Shown here one piece after another: positions 47,053 through 58,404 of a DNA stretch of 64,000 nt (the stretch's first letter is position 1; the number at the start of each line of letters is the position of its first letter). The translations under genes were made by a program, and so were the position numbers. The notes beneath the pieces were generated by a model. It worked only from the letters and a program-made list of their open reading frames with translations, was not told the DNA's origin and did no database searches. Source of the DNA: Podarcis erhardii (taxonomy: Eukaryota); the NCBI GenBank assembly GCA_964252035.1, contig OZ176201.1; one strand, given 5' to 3'.

Positions 47053-50000
47053 CTATTTCACTGTATAGTAATTGGTGGCTACAAAGGGCATCTTGGTCAC
47101 TAGAGCAGGGCAGCTCTTCTTCCTCACTTCTACAGTGAGGGCTGTGCTCAGTTTGCTGTAGTCACTCTCCACGTATCCCATGGCGATGTTCTTCTGCAGA
47201 CAGGGGGAAGGGCAGCCACTGGTAACCTCACCTAGCGCATGGGGGAACAGACAGAGCACTTATCAAAAGCAAACATACAATTTCTGCATTCAATGATCAA
47301 TAAAAATTGCTGCCAAAAATGCGACTTCTTCCCAATTTCTATAAGTAGGGTGGAGAGCCTAGTTTTCTACTCACACCAATGGCCCTAAGAGCAATTAACA
47401 TGCATGGCCCTTTAATGATCCACTAAAGACAAGAAAAATGCAAACAAGCTATGGAGCGTGTATACCTCCAGAAGGTTTGTTGCTGCTTTCTGTATGCAGT
47501 TCCAATAGAACACCTCTAAAAGGCTGCATTTTGCAATAATCTTCAATGAGGCTCACTTACTAGAATGTACTACTCTGCCGCCTGAAAGGGGCAGGGAGTT
47601 AATAGAAGAAATACACCTTCTCAATACACCTTACCCAAATTTTGCATGGTGGTTTGAGAGATTAAGGAGCAGGTTTTCATCCATGTTCATATATAAATGG
47701 ACACGATTTTGAAGCAAAATGATGGGCAGCCTTTCAAAACTGCACTGGTTTTGTCTCCAATAATTTATGAGCAACACTGGGTACAAGGCTGCTAGTTCTA
47801 AACAAAGTTGTGCACCGAACACCATTGCCTGCAGTATGACCAAGCACAGCAAGTATTACATGCTTATTGGGGTGCTTGTTGTATCAGAGGGCTGATATGT
47901 CATCTTCCTAGACAGTACTCAGAGAAGCTTGGAGAACCTACCAATGGCCTTGTCCTCTGGGCTGAGAATGGGCATGTGCTGCCGGATGGGAGGCCCTGAA
48001 GAAGTCAGCCCCACGCGTTTCCTTTTGGGTTTCTCTTTGATTTGGGCCAGTATGATTGATGCACCGGGGAAATCCATGGCAGCACGGCGGCGTTTCCCTG
48101 AGAAGCAATTGGAAATAAGGTGTCCTGTTAAGGCCAAGAGATCAAGAATTCCCATGCTTGTGGTCCAAATTACCCTCACCACATAGTGTCCCATCACCAC
48201 TGAAGGCCTAGTGCAGCTTCTCTCCCATTCAAAAAAAAAAACACCCTTGTTCCATGTCCAGTCTACTCTGGTCTGGGGTGCAGGAATGGGTGACTTTTTG
48301 CCTATTTGATATTGGCCAGGAATGTCAATGGGTAGGCAGGCAGGGAGAGAAATCCAGAATTGCAGCTGGCACCTACCAAGGGTCCATATCAGACTGGCTT
48401 CCACAGGGGTTGTGCTCTCATCAATGTCGTTCCCATACAGACACAGACCTGCCTCCAAGCGCAAACTGTCCCGGGCTGCGAGTCCTGCCAGCCACACAGT
48501 GGAGTCCTTAAGCAGCAGCTCAGCCAGCTCCACAGCTTGGCTTGCAGGCACAGAGATCTGGGTACAGAGGAGCACAGTGATTTGGTCAGTGTGATTTTTG
48601 CTACCGTTCCCCCCCCCCACTCCCAACTTCAGGTCACCTGGCCCGATCCTGCACGCTAGCTCTATCTGAGGCTATGTCCAGGCTTGACTGACACCCTTCT
48701 CGCCCAAGCCAACCTGATTCAATAATCCCCTTTATTAATACGCTGCCCTCCTAGCCTGAAATAGCTTCTTGCTTCTCAGTGCACAACATCAGTGCTCCTG
48801 CTCCTCCCACCTCTTTTTGGTTAGCTGAGCTGAGCCCTGACCGTGTAAAGGTAAAGGTAAAGGACCCCTGGACAGTTAAATCCAGTCAAAGGTAACTATG
48901 GGGTTGTGGCGAGGGAGATGGTATTTGTCCACAAACAACTTTCTGGATCATGTGGCCAGCATGACTAAACCGCTTCTGGCACAACGGGACACTGTGACGG
49001 AAACCAGAGCACACAGAAACACTGTTTATCTTCCCGCCACAGCAGTACCTATTTATCTACTTGCACTGGTGTGCTTTTAAACTGCTAGGTTGGCAGGAGC
49101 TGGGACAGCAACGGGAGCTCACCCCGTTGTGAGGATTCAAACTGCCAACTTTCTGATCGGCAAGCCCAAGAGGCTCAGTGGTTTAGACCACAGCACCACC
49201 CCCGTCCCATTCCCTGACCGTGTACCTCTACGCCATCCTCGCCTGTGTAGCCACAGCGGGTGACCCTGCAGCCTGGCACTCCAAAGACACTCATCACTGC
49301 ACTGGTCATGAAGGGCAGCTTAGCCAGGTTGTCTGACACCCCAGCCTGTAGCACCCGGGCCATGGCAGGACCTGGTAGAAGGAAGAAGGGAATTGGCTAT
49401 GAGCTTGAAGAGGTGTTAGTTATCATGCCCCCCCCCCGCAAAAGGAGGTGCAATAAGTCCCAGTTAAATGATGGAGGAAGGAATTGGGCATTTCAAGCTG
49501 AATGAAGTGGGCTCAGCCACATAGAGGGTGTTGCCCTTGCTGATCTCAGCCAAGGCACATCATTGCCACCGCGGCAGTAGGATAGAATTCACTGCCACAT
49601 GATGTGGCACAAGCTTAGTCTCTCAAAAGGCTAGGGCAAACTCATGGACGAGTGATCTACCATTAACAGCCACAACAGGTAAATGTAACAGTCTACACTC
49701 CTTCCAGGACCAGCCCAAGACATTTTGCTGCCTGAGGACAAGGTAACACCCCACTCCCTAAAGACCTTAGTGAGTGGACAGAGATACAAGGAACCAGGTG
49801 GTCCCTGATTCCACCCCCACATAGAATGGCAGAAGGGCTCTATCTTGTCCTGGCGTACCTATACATCTCTGCTATTTAACCCCTTGCTGTTGCTCCTTGC
49901 CCTCACAGGATCTGCTTGCTGGGAAAGCTGCCTCACTCTGCCTAATGATAGGACCAGTCCTCTCCCCTCTGAGTATCAGATACTGGGGACAAAGAAAAGG

Positions 50001-53000
50001 GCTATTGCCATCCTAACCTGTTGGGCTGGGCCACTGGTAAGAACAGGGTGTTGGATGAGATGGACGATCAGATGTAGCAGGGCCCTTGGGTTCTTATGGG
50101 TGCAGAGCAGCACAGGGGAAAGTGGGTTTGTCATATTCAAAGGCCCTAGGCGAGTCAGTACCACACCAGCTAGCAACAAGCTGGCCTTGCAATGCCCCAA
50201 AGAGCCTAAAGATGCAAAAAAATAAAAAGTGGGGTGGAAGTGGGGAAGGCTTTGGACCAGGGGTAGGCAACCTAAGGCCCAGGGCCCAATCGCCTTCTCA
50301 ACCCGACCCACGAACCATCTGGAAATCAGTATGTATTTACATGAGTAGAATGTGTCCTTTTATTTAAAATGCATCTCTGGGTTATTTGTGGGGCTGCCTG
50401 GTGTTTTTCACATGAGTAGAATGTGTTATTTTCTTTAAAATGCATCTCTGGGTTATTTGTGGGGCATAGGAATTCGTTCATATCCCCCCCCCAAAAAAAA
50501 TATAGTCCGGCCCACCAAATGGTCTGAAGGACCGTGGACTGGCCCACGACTGAAAAAGGTTGCTGACCTCTGCTTTGGACAATGGGATTAGCTGTCCCAG
50601 GAAGATCAGCAGTAAGGCTATTGATTGGTCTGGGAGATGCTACTATATTAAAGCAATTAAGCAGCAGTTCTGTGCATTCCCTTAAGGCAAATGCCTGGGT
50701 ATTTTGTCTGCTGCTTCCCACAGTAGGGGCAGTTATTTACATAATATTTACCTTGCAGAGCAAGCAAAGCATTGTCTGACACTTCCAAGTCCACATCGCA
50801 GCCAGCTGCTTTCATTTCCTTCACCTTGTTCTGCAAGCAGAAACAGAGAGCAGCAAGGTCATGACCCACTTGGGGGTGGGGGAAAGCATCTTCCTCTCTT
50901 CCATCCCCTTCTCTCTCTCATTGAGTCCAGCATCAGCTGCAGCAAGGGACAAAGATCAAGTTTCCCAAAGGATTGGAACTACCTAACTATCGTCTGTGTT
51001 TCTGCTGCTGCCTTCCATCTAGGAACAATTCCCTATAGGATTGGATGGTGAGAAACACATACCTTCATGAGGGCAAAATCCTTGTCCCTGCAACCTGCAT
51101 TGGAGACCACGTAGAGGTGCTGATCTGAGGTGCTGGTCACAATCAAGTCGTCCATGATGCCTCCTCTTTCATTTGTGAACAGAGACAGAGTGCCCTGAAA
51201 GTAAAGCGCAGTTCAGTTACTGGTCGCCAAGAGTGGCTACCGTTTAACAGAAGCCAGGTTTTGGCAGACATGCAGTAATAATAATAAAGAGTAATAATGA
51301 TTTCCCTCTGCATGTTACATCCCTTGTTTTGTGACGGCAATGTGGAATACAGTTGTATTAAGACATGCAAACCCATATTGGCCAGTGTCTGTGGCCTTGT
51401 GAGGAGCAAGCAACTAAACATCAAGAAGAACTTTCTGCCAGTAAGAGCTGTTAGACAGTGGAATAGACTCCCTGGAGGTTTTTAAGCAGAGGTTGGATGG
51501 CCATCTGTCATGGATGATTTAGCTGAGATTCCTGCATTGCAGGGGGTTGGATGAGATAACTCTTGGGGTCCCTTCCGACTCAATGATTATATGATTCTCT
51601 CCCTCATGTCTACATAATTGTGCATCACTACAAAAAGTGATTTCTGCAGTGATCCCTTCACTCTTCTCTTTCACAAAGCCACCACCTCTATTATTTTCAA
51701 ACAAGAGCAGCTAGACAATTTAAATGTCTTGCCATTTTGTGAACCTTTAATAATTTAGTTTTGAATGCTGAGTGTTTGGCTCCTGCTATTCATCCTCTCC
51801 CCCCCCCCTTTTTCTATTTTAAAGGGAAGTACAATAGGTTACATGGGACATGGGTGGCGCTGTGGGTTAAACCACAGAGCCTAGGACTTGCCAATCAGAA
51901 GGTCGGCGGTTTGAATCCCCGTGACGGGGTGAGCTCCCGTTGCTCGGTCCCAGCTCCTGCCCGCCTTGCAGTTTGAAAGCACGAAGTGCAAGTAGATAAA
52001 TAGGTACCACTCCAGCAGGAAGGTAAATGGTGTTTCCGTGCGCTGCTCTGGTTCGCCAGAAGCAGCTTAGTCATGCTGGCCACATGACCCGGAAGCTGTC
52101 TGTGGACAAATGCCAGCTCCCTCGGCCAATAAAGCGAGATGAGCACTGCAACCCCAGAGTCGTCTGCGACTGGACCTAATTGTCAGGGGTCCCTTTACCT
52201 TTTTACAATGGTTATATAGCTATCCCTCCATCTCACCCCCTCATCGATTAAACGGAAATAGTGTTTTACTGGTGCTAGATTACAGTTTGCAGGGGTAGCA
52301 TGCAACAAATCACATGCATTTAAGAAACACTTCAATCTTATAGAAAAGCCCTGTAAAAGTATTACTTTTACTTAGATCTGTGTCCTGTCATTGCTCAATG
52401 GTGCTTGAAAAGTGGCAATATTTCTTTACATCATTTCCCCCTCCCATCCATTCTATAAGGTGGCCCACTGAGCAACAGTGATTTGTCCAAGATCACGCAG
52501 TTGATGGATTTGAAGTGGGATGTTCCACATCCAAATTCAGCATGCCATCCATTGTGTTACACTTGTGTGCAACCTAATGGATGGGAATCCTGTGGTGCTG
52601 GACTGGACTACAACTCCCGTCATCCCTGACTCTTAGCTATGCTGACTGGGGCTGATGAGAGTTCAACAAGATCCAGAGGGCCGAAGGTTTCCCACCAAGG
52701 GTGTAACCCACTGGGTTCCAACATACCTGATTAGGCTTCAGCTCTGCTATGTCCCCAACTACTAGGCTCTCCATGAATTTAATCCGATCTCTGCCAAACA
52801 CTTTAGTCTGTAAAAGAGAGTCACCTCACATCACCAGGGTGCTATGCAGGACCAAGGACAGCACACTTGAACAAAACATCTGAGCCTGGTGCTCCCATGC
52901 AGCTAAACTGCTGCTTTGGTGCGATACAGTTGGGCTTTATTATTTTTCCATTTATTAGGCACATTTCTAGATTGCCCTTCCTCCCCAGGGGACCTAAGGT

Positions 53001-55486
53001 GATGTATAGTAGGATATAAACACACAAAATATGTATCGTAAATAAAACACAATCCTAACCAACATACTACAGGCCACCCCCTATTTATGCAGGGCATTGC
53101 ATTCTGGGCCATTGCGTGCTTGTGTGAAATTGTGTGAAATCAGAAACCCATTGAAAAAGCCTGCAAACACCCCATTCTGCCCTTTTAGTGACGTTTCAGT
53201 GACGTCTTTATGACACTTCTGGGTCACTTCTGGGTTTGGCACTGTGTGCATGTGTGCGATTCCACACATATTGGTCATGCCTAAAACGGGAGTTGCCTTA
53301 TGAAAGGACAGACTGAGCATGGGGAATAATTCCTTTCTTCAGTAGGCTTAACTCACTGATTGGTCCGAGGCCACCCAGTGAACCTCATGGCTGATCAGGG
53401 GTGTGAACCTAGGTCTCCCCAGCCAAAGTCCAGCATGTTTCTTACCACACCACCCTTTGCCAGTTCACGAATCTTAGATTGTCAGCTGATACTTATAAAA
53501 CTGAGTTTTATGCTATGTAGTGATGCTCTTTGGGACCAACACAACTGCCCACATTTGTGGACTATCATTGGGGATCTAGCTGCAGACTCTCTTGGTGTGT
53601 TATGGTGGTGGTGGTGGGGGGCTAGGAGGGCTGTCACGGTGAGCTCCTGCGCTTCAAAACTGACACTGCCCCACTGCTGAATATGACCCCACAGTGGAAA
53701 GACTGGGACTTCAATGACCTCTGGCTTCCTCCAGCATTACCTGCAGCATATGAGACACATCGAAGAGAGAACAGTGTTGGCGGGTGTGCAGGTGAGACTC
53801 CAGGTGGCTGTGCGTATACTGCACTGGGAGGCTCCAGCCGGCAAAGGCCACCATCTTCCCACCATGGTGCCGGTGAAAGTCATAGAGGGGCGTCTGCTTT
53901 AGGCTCTCCTGCAGAGGAAGGCAAGGCATGTTTTGACTGGCAGGTGCCAGCAACCCATCTGAGATCATCGCAAGGTCAGCAGTCTTGAGATGGGCAACCA
54001 GGACTCATTATCAGTCGCACCACTGCCATTCCCAACCCTGGCCGCATCAGAAGCAAGAACATCCTGCCCTCCCCCGACTTATACCTGTTCTGCTTAAATT
54101 AAGCACTGATGTGTGCAGCTCTGGGTGGCCTCAAAGGCTAGACACTGACCTCCAGCTGTCTTGGAGAGTGGACCCATCACCTCCTAGCTGAGAGCCAGCC
54201 CCAGGGACCAGACTTTTCCTGTTGGAACAAGGGGTAGCTCTGGTCTCTAAGCTCCCTTTGACCTTTGTGATTAGTGCTTGTTTGCTTAGTGCTTTATCAG
54301 AAGTCCAATGTCAAGAGGAAAATAAAGCTGCTTGCCCTTTGTACCCAACCCCCTCTTGCAGGTCTGCAAAGCCTTTCCTGTCTCACTTTCCCACCTGCAT
54401 AAGCTCTGGCCTGCATAGTTGGGAGACAGTCACCATACTCTCCAAAGGAATCACATTTGCTTTTTAACACCCTCCCCGTGACCGTGGCTGTGGTGAGCAC
54501 CTATTATGGGGCAAAATGTTGCTGTTTCTTGCTCACCACCGGTACTGATCAAGGGGTTCAGTAGGGGAGACTCTACCAACTTCCACTCCAACCCCCACAT
54601 ATGGAAGCTTTCTTCCTCCATTCACCCCCCCCCGCATCCCCCCACTTCATAGCAGGAAATTCTTGGGTCACCACCAGGGAAGAACTTTGGTGGAGAAGCC
54701 ACTACTACTACAGCCCAAGTGCTTAATGCTGAGAATAGCATATTACTGTATAAACTCTTTCTTTCGAAGCATCCGCTGTGAAATTGCCCTGCCCTTCGCC
54801 ATTAGAATGTCCAGGGAACTGCGCCTGCCTCTGTCTCAACCAAAAGGAGGCGAGGGGTGCGCGGGCGGGCGGGCGGGCGAGGGCTCTGCCGAGACTCCTC
54901 AGCCTTTTCCACCCCCAAGGAGATCCCTTGATTTCACCCGGTCTCCCCTCAAAAACCAGGCCAAGATCAGCGCTCCCTTTCTAAAGCGGGGAAATGCTGG
55001 GAATGAAGCCTGCCTGGGAAAGGCAGCCTCCTCGGACCCCTCGCTAGTCCTGTAATCTCCGATGCGCGAGAGCTAGTGCGAAAGCAATGCACTCTGCACA
55101 TGCTCTGGGACTGCGCAATTCATATATCCCCCGGACTTTAAAACAGTGACAATAAGCAGGTTGTGCGCTTGACCCGTTTCAGTCATGAACTTTTGAAAAA
55201 CAGAGCGCATCTCTTCCAACCCAAGGTCCCCCGCCTGGCCCCCTTCCCTCCTGCTTCCCTGGCTGCCCGGAGCGAGCCAGCCGCGCTCCGCCACTTCCAA
55301 CTCCGCGCAAGGCTCGCCTGTTGCCGGGCTTCCGAGCGCACACCTGCAGCCGAGTGGGAGGAGAGGCGGGTGTCCCCAGCTCACCTGCCCGGAAGCGTAG
55401 CCCCGCTTCCCGCGCGCGCCAGCTCCGGGGGACCCCCAGCCCGGAGCCGAGAGCCGAAGAGCAGCTCCGACGCCGGCCCGAAGCAT
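47053..55486 (-). CDS. AMT: Aminomethyltransferase, mitochondrial (glycine cleavage system T protein), 407 aa
   Basis: Nine exons: 55486-55385, 53908-53741, 52807-52727, 51194-51063, 50830-50752, 49371-49226, 48557-48377, 48097-47942, 47231-47053 (1224 nt). Motifs [54 protein letters not shown]. The N-terminus is Arg/Ala/Gly-rich like a mitochondrial presequence. Confidence 0.98.
48845..49207 (-). mobile_element. Sauria SINE (Squam1-type) in AMT intron 6
   Basis: Reverse complement of the same family with a (GTAAAG)n tail; its head begins 19 nt into the intron after AMT exon 6. Confidence 0.85.
50258..50572. mobile_element. hAT-family non-autonomous transposon
   Basis: TIRs CAGGGGTAGGCAACCT / AGGTTGCTGACCTCTG with a perfect 8-bp TSD CTTTGGAC (50250-50257 and 50573-50580); internal ~55-nt tandem duplication at about 50340-50465. 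Confidence 0.9.
51418..51600 (+). mobile_element. CR1 LINE 3' fragment
   Basis: AAGAACTTTCTG...GAGATTCCTGCATTGCAGGGGGTTGGA...(ATTCTATG)-like tail. Confidence 0.8.
51845..52205 (+). mobile_element. Sauria SINE (Squam1-type) in AMT intron 3
   Basis: Same head, body and tail as 28507-28870. Confidence 0.88.
53070..53299. mobile_element. Degraded TIR element (Tigger-like MITE)
   Basis: TA-CAGGCCACCCCCTATTTATGC on the left and imperfect reverse complement GCCTAAAACGGGAGTTGCCTT on the right. Confidence 0.45.
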
Positions 55487-55760
55487 TTTCCCGGGCGCCC
55501 CTACGACATGGCTGGAGAGGACAGCCCCTCCTCCCCTCCCCTGGGCCCTGAGCTCAAGCCCCGGGGAGGAGCCTGGGAAATGTAGTCCCGTTCCGGCGGC
55601 AAGTGACCAGAGGACTCGTCCTCCCCAGCCGAAGATGAAAAGGAGAGGAAGCATCCAGGCAGACCGGACTCGCTGTTGACCCCAAGATGAACCGCCATCG
55701 TCACCGAAGCCCGTGCGGTCCAGGCGAGACGCGCACGCCGCTTCCTTTCTGAAGCCAGTC
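55300..55760 (-). promoter_or_regulatory. CpG island promoter of AMT with a ZNF143 (SBS) site
   Basis: CpG-rich; ACTACATTTCCCA on the minus strand at 55586-55574, about 90 nt upstream of the AMT ATG. Confidence 0.75.
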
Positions 55761-56702
55761 TTTTCAGTTGGAAGATTGAGGAGTATGCAAAATGGACAAG
55801 GGTCTTGAAAGGGTGCAAGGTAAGGGCTTCTCAGCAGAAAACGTAGGGATCTCTCTCTCTCCCCCTTAATTTTTACGCGCACAGAAGATGCCCAGATCAC
55901 ACAACTGGAGCAGGGAATTACCCTTTAGTGCTGCTTAAGGTTCATTCTAGATAGTAACTCTAACCAAGTGAATCAATATGTAAATAGCAGACTACAAGAC
56001 AGAAAGGATAGCAATATTAGCTTAGGGAACAGTGGTGTTAACAAACATGAGTGCATGAGATGTACTGTGATTAGCTGCTTAAAAATCCAAAGGATACCAT
56101 AGCCAGTTACAGGTCTTTCAGAATACTTACTTTTACTTTAAAGACAAGGGAATATAGAAGCAGAGCAATGGTTACTAAATCAGGAAGGGCATTTTTTTCT
56201 TTCCAATTAAGCAGGCATGCATGAATCAGTTGGATTGAATAAAAAACAGACTACATAAGATCAAAGTAGCCTGGAACACCAGAAGGTGTGTTGGTATTTC
56301 CCTCCCTTATTTTGCAGGTTATCTGGGATGTTTGCTAAAACAGGGAAGGTTTTGGAAGCAATTGGCTTTTCTTTTCTTTTTTTAAAAAATATCAATATTC
56401 AGCTGTCATATTCAATTCAGAATTAGACAGTGGCCTTTGCTTCTATTCTCCTTCCCACTCCCCCTTTTGGTTGCTCGGCATCTAGCATGGGAAAAGAGCA
56501 TTGGCCCATGTACTGCTAATTTTAGATGCTATTACAGGTTCATAAATAAACTTAACAGAGGTTTGACAAGTACAATCCACCAAGCACATACAATCAATAC
56601 AACACATCAATCTTTTATTTGTGATGCATTTGGGCTGGATAATCATCCACTGAAAAAATACTTCAAATACAATAATCCTGATTTAATGCAATGGATTGCA
56701 AT

Positions 56703-56865
56703 GGGTAAGGGTTGCAGCTCAGTAGCAGAGCACATTATTTACAAGCAGAAGCTCCCAAGTTGGGCATCTCCAAGTTAGGCTAGGAAAGATCCTTGTCTGA
56801 AACCCTGAAGAGACATTGGTGCTCAGACAATACTGAGCTAGAGGTACCAATAAGGCAGCTTCCTG
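56703..56865 (+). mobile_element. Squam3-like SINE
   Basis: GCAGCTCAGTAGCAGAGCAC head and AAACCCTGAAGAG...TAAGGCAGCTTCC tail. Confidence 0.65.
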
Positions 56866-58404
56866 ACATCATTTGCAAAGGTCTTTCACTGTATTCAGTA
56901 AAAGTTTATTATACTTGCAATGGGTTAGAAGATCACTGTGGCTCTTTCCAGCTATAAATAAAGTAGCACACATAATTCATAATAAATAACAGAAAGGAAG
57001 TTACACAGCTATGGAAAAGAGGTTGTTCCCAAGATTTAAAGTCCAGCATTAAAAAAAAAGAAGTCAGCTACACATCCTACTGCACTAATTCATTTTGTTC
57101 TGCAGCTTGGTCCACCAGACTATTACATATCATGGACATTACTGCAGGAAGTGCCCCATACCACAAGAAGATACCCTTGCTAAGAAGCAACGTAGTGCTG
57201 TTCTGTTCAAAAAATATCTCTGAAAGGCAGTTTAAGATGTACTGTTGAGAGAAAGTGATTGTTCAAAGGCAGTCTAGTAGCTCCTTGACAGAGCAGGGAT
57301 CTGAATCCAGACTTTTACCATAATCATTTATTCACCTCAGCTTTCAACACTCATTCTTGAGCATAGTAATTCATGGACTGGAAATGAGCATCTACAACCA
57401 TGCAAGGGTTATCTAATGAGTTGGAAAGATTAATATGGTAATATTTAAGAATACAAAGGTGACAGCTGGTAATTCAGGTTGCAACTCAGCTTAAATAAGG
57501 GAGCTCTCAAGGACATGGCTTTTCAGGCTTTCCACCAGGATGCGATTTTCGCTACTTGAAATATCTACAGCTGTGGCTGTAAAAAATGACAAGGTGCTCC
57601 AGGACTCAGCTAAAAACCAACACAGCACAATCTGGTACTGCCATTTCACTAGGGTAAACTATTTCTCTAATGTGGCCCTTACAATATTGTAGCCAAAGCT
57701 AGTGACAGGTTGTTGAGGGCTAGCTCTGTACAATTCACAACTAAACTACTCACATCCCTCCAGGAAAAAAGAGGTGGGGGTTAACTCTTCAGGAAGCATT
57801 TCTTATTGCCACCCACTTATTAAAAACCCTACACAATTACATAGTGTAGGTTGCAAATGAGGTAGCCATAGCAGAGGAAGCAACAAGGGAGTTCTCATTC
57901 TCTCTGGAACACCAGCACATGAATTTGAGAAAGTAAAACCTCCAGTCTTGTCAGCTTCAAGACATTTCAAGTCATTTCTCTTGCCAAAATGAAGGATTCT
58001 TCTCTCCACCCTGCCCTGCCCCCATCATAGTACCAGATTCTTGAAAGATTGCTTGATTTTGCCCCCAAAAGAAACATGCACCAAACAACAGGGCTTCCAA
58101 AAAACAGACCAGGAGATGAAGAGCCCAAATAAGGCACCTTCAAGTTCAAGGGAAAGCAGCCTTCCAGGGCCCAGTGCAAAAGGGAGAACAATCTCCACAT
58201 AAGACCTGGCAGGAAGAACAGAGTAGAGCTGGAGAGTTCCCAGAAAGGCCACCTCCATGCAGTGGAAAAGGGAAGGACTGGAACATGAAGGCAACAGACT
58301 TTGTCCATCATTTCTTCCTGCCTCAAGCCAATCCAACACTGTGGGGGTGCAGCTCAGTGAGTCCAGCTCTTAGGAACCTAGTCAGCTTTGAGTCCTGGGA
58401 AAAC

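Noticed and set aside
55073-55900. 275-aa minus ORF spanning the AMT start
   Set aside because: Only 34 codons (55486-55385) are AMT; the rest is CpG-island and intron read-through.
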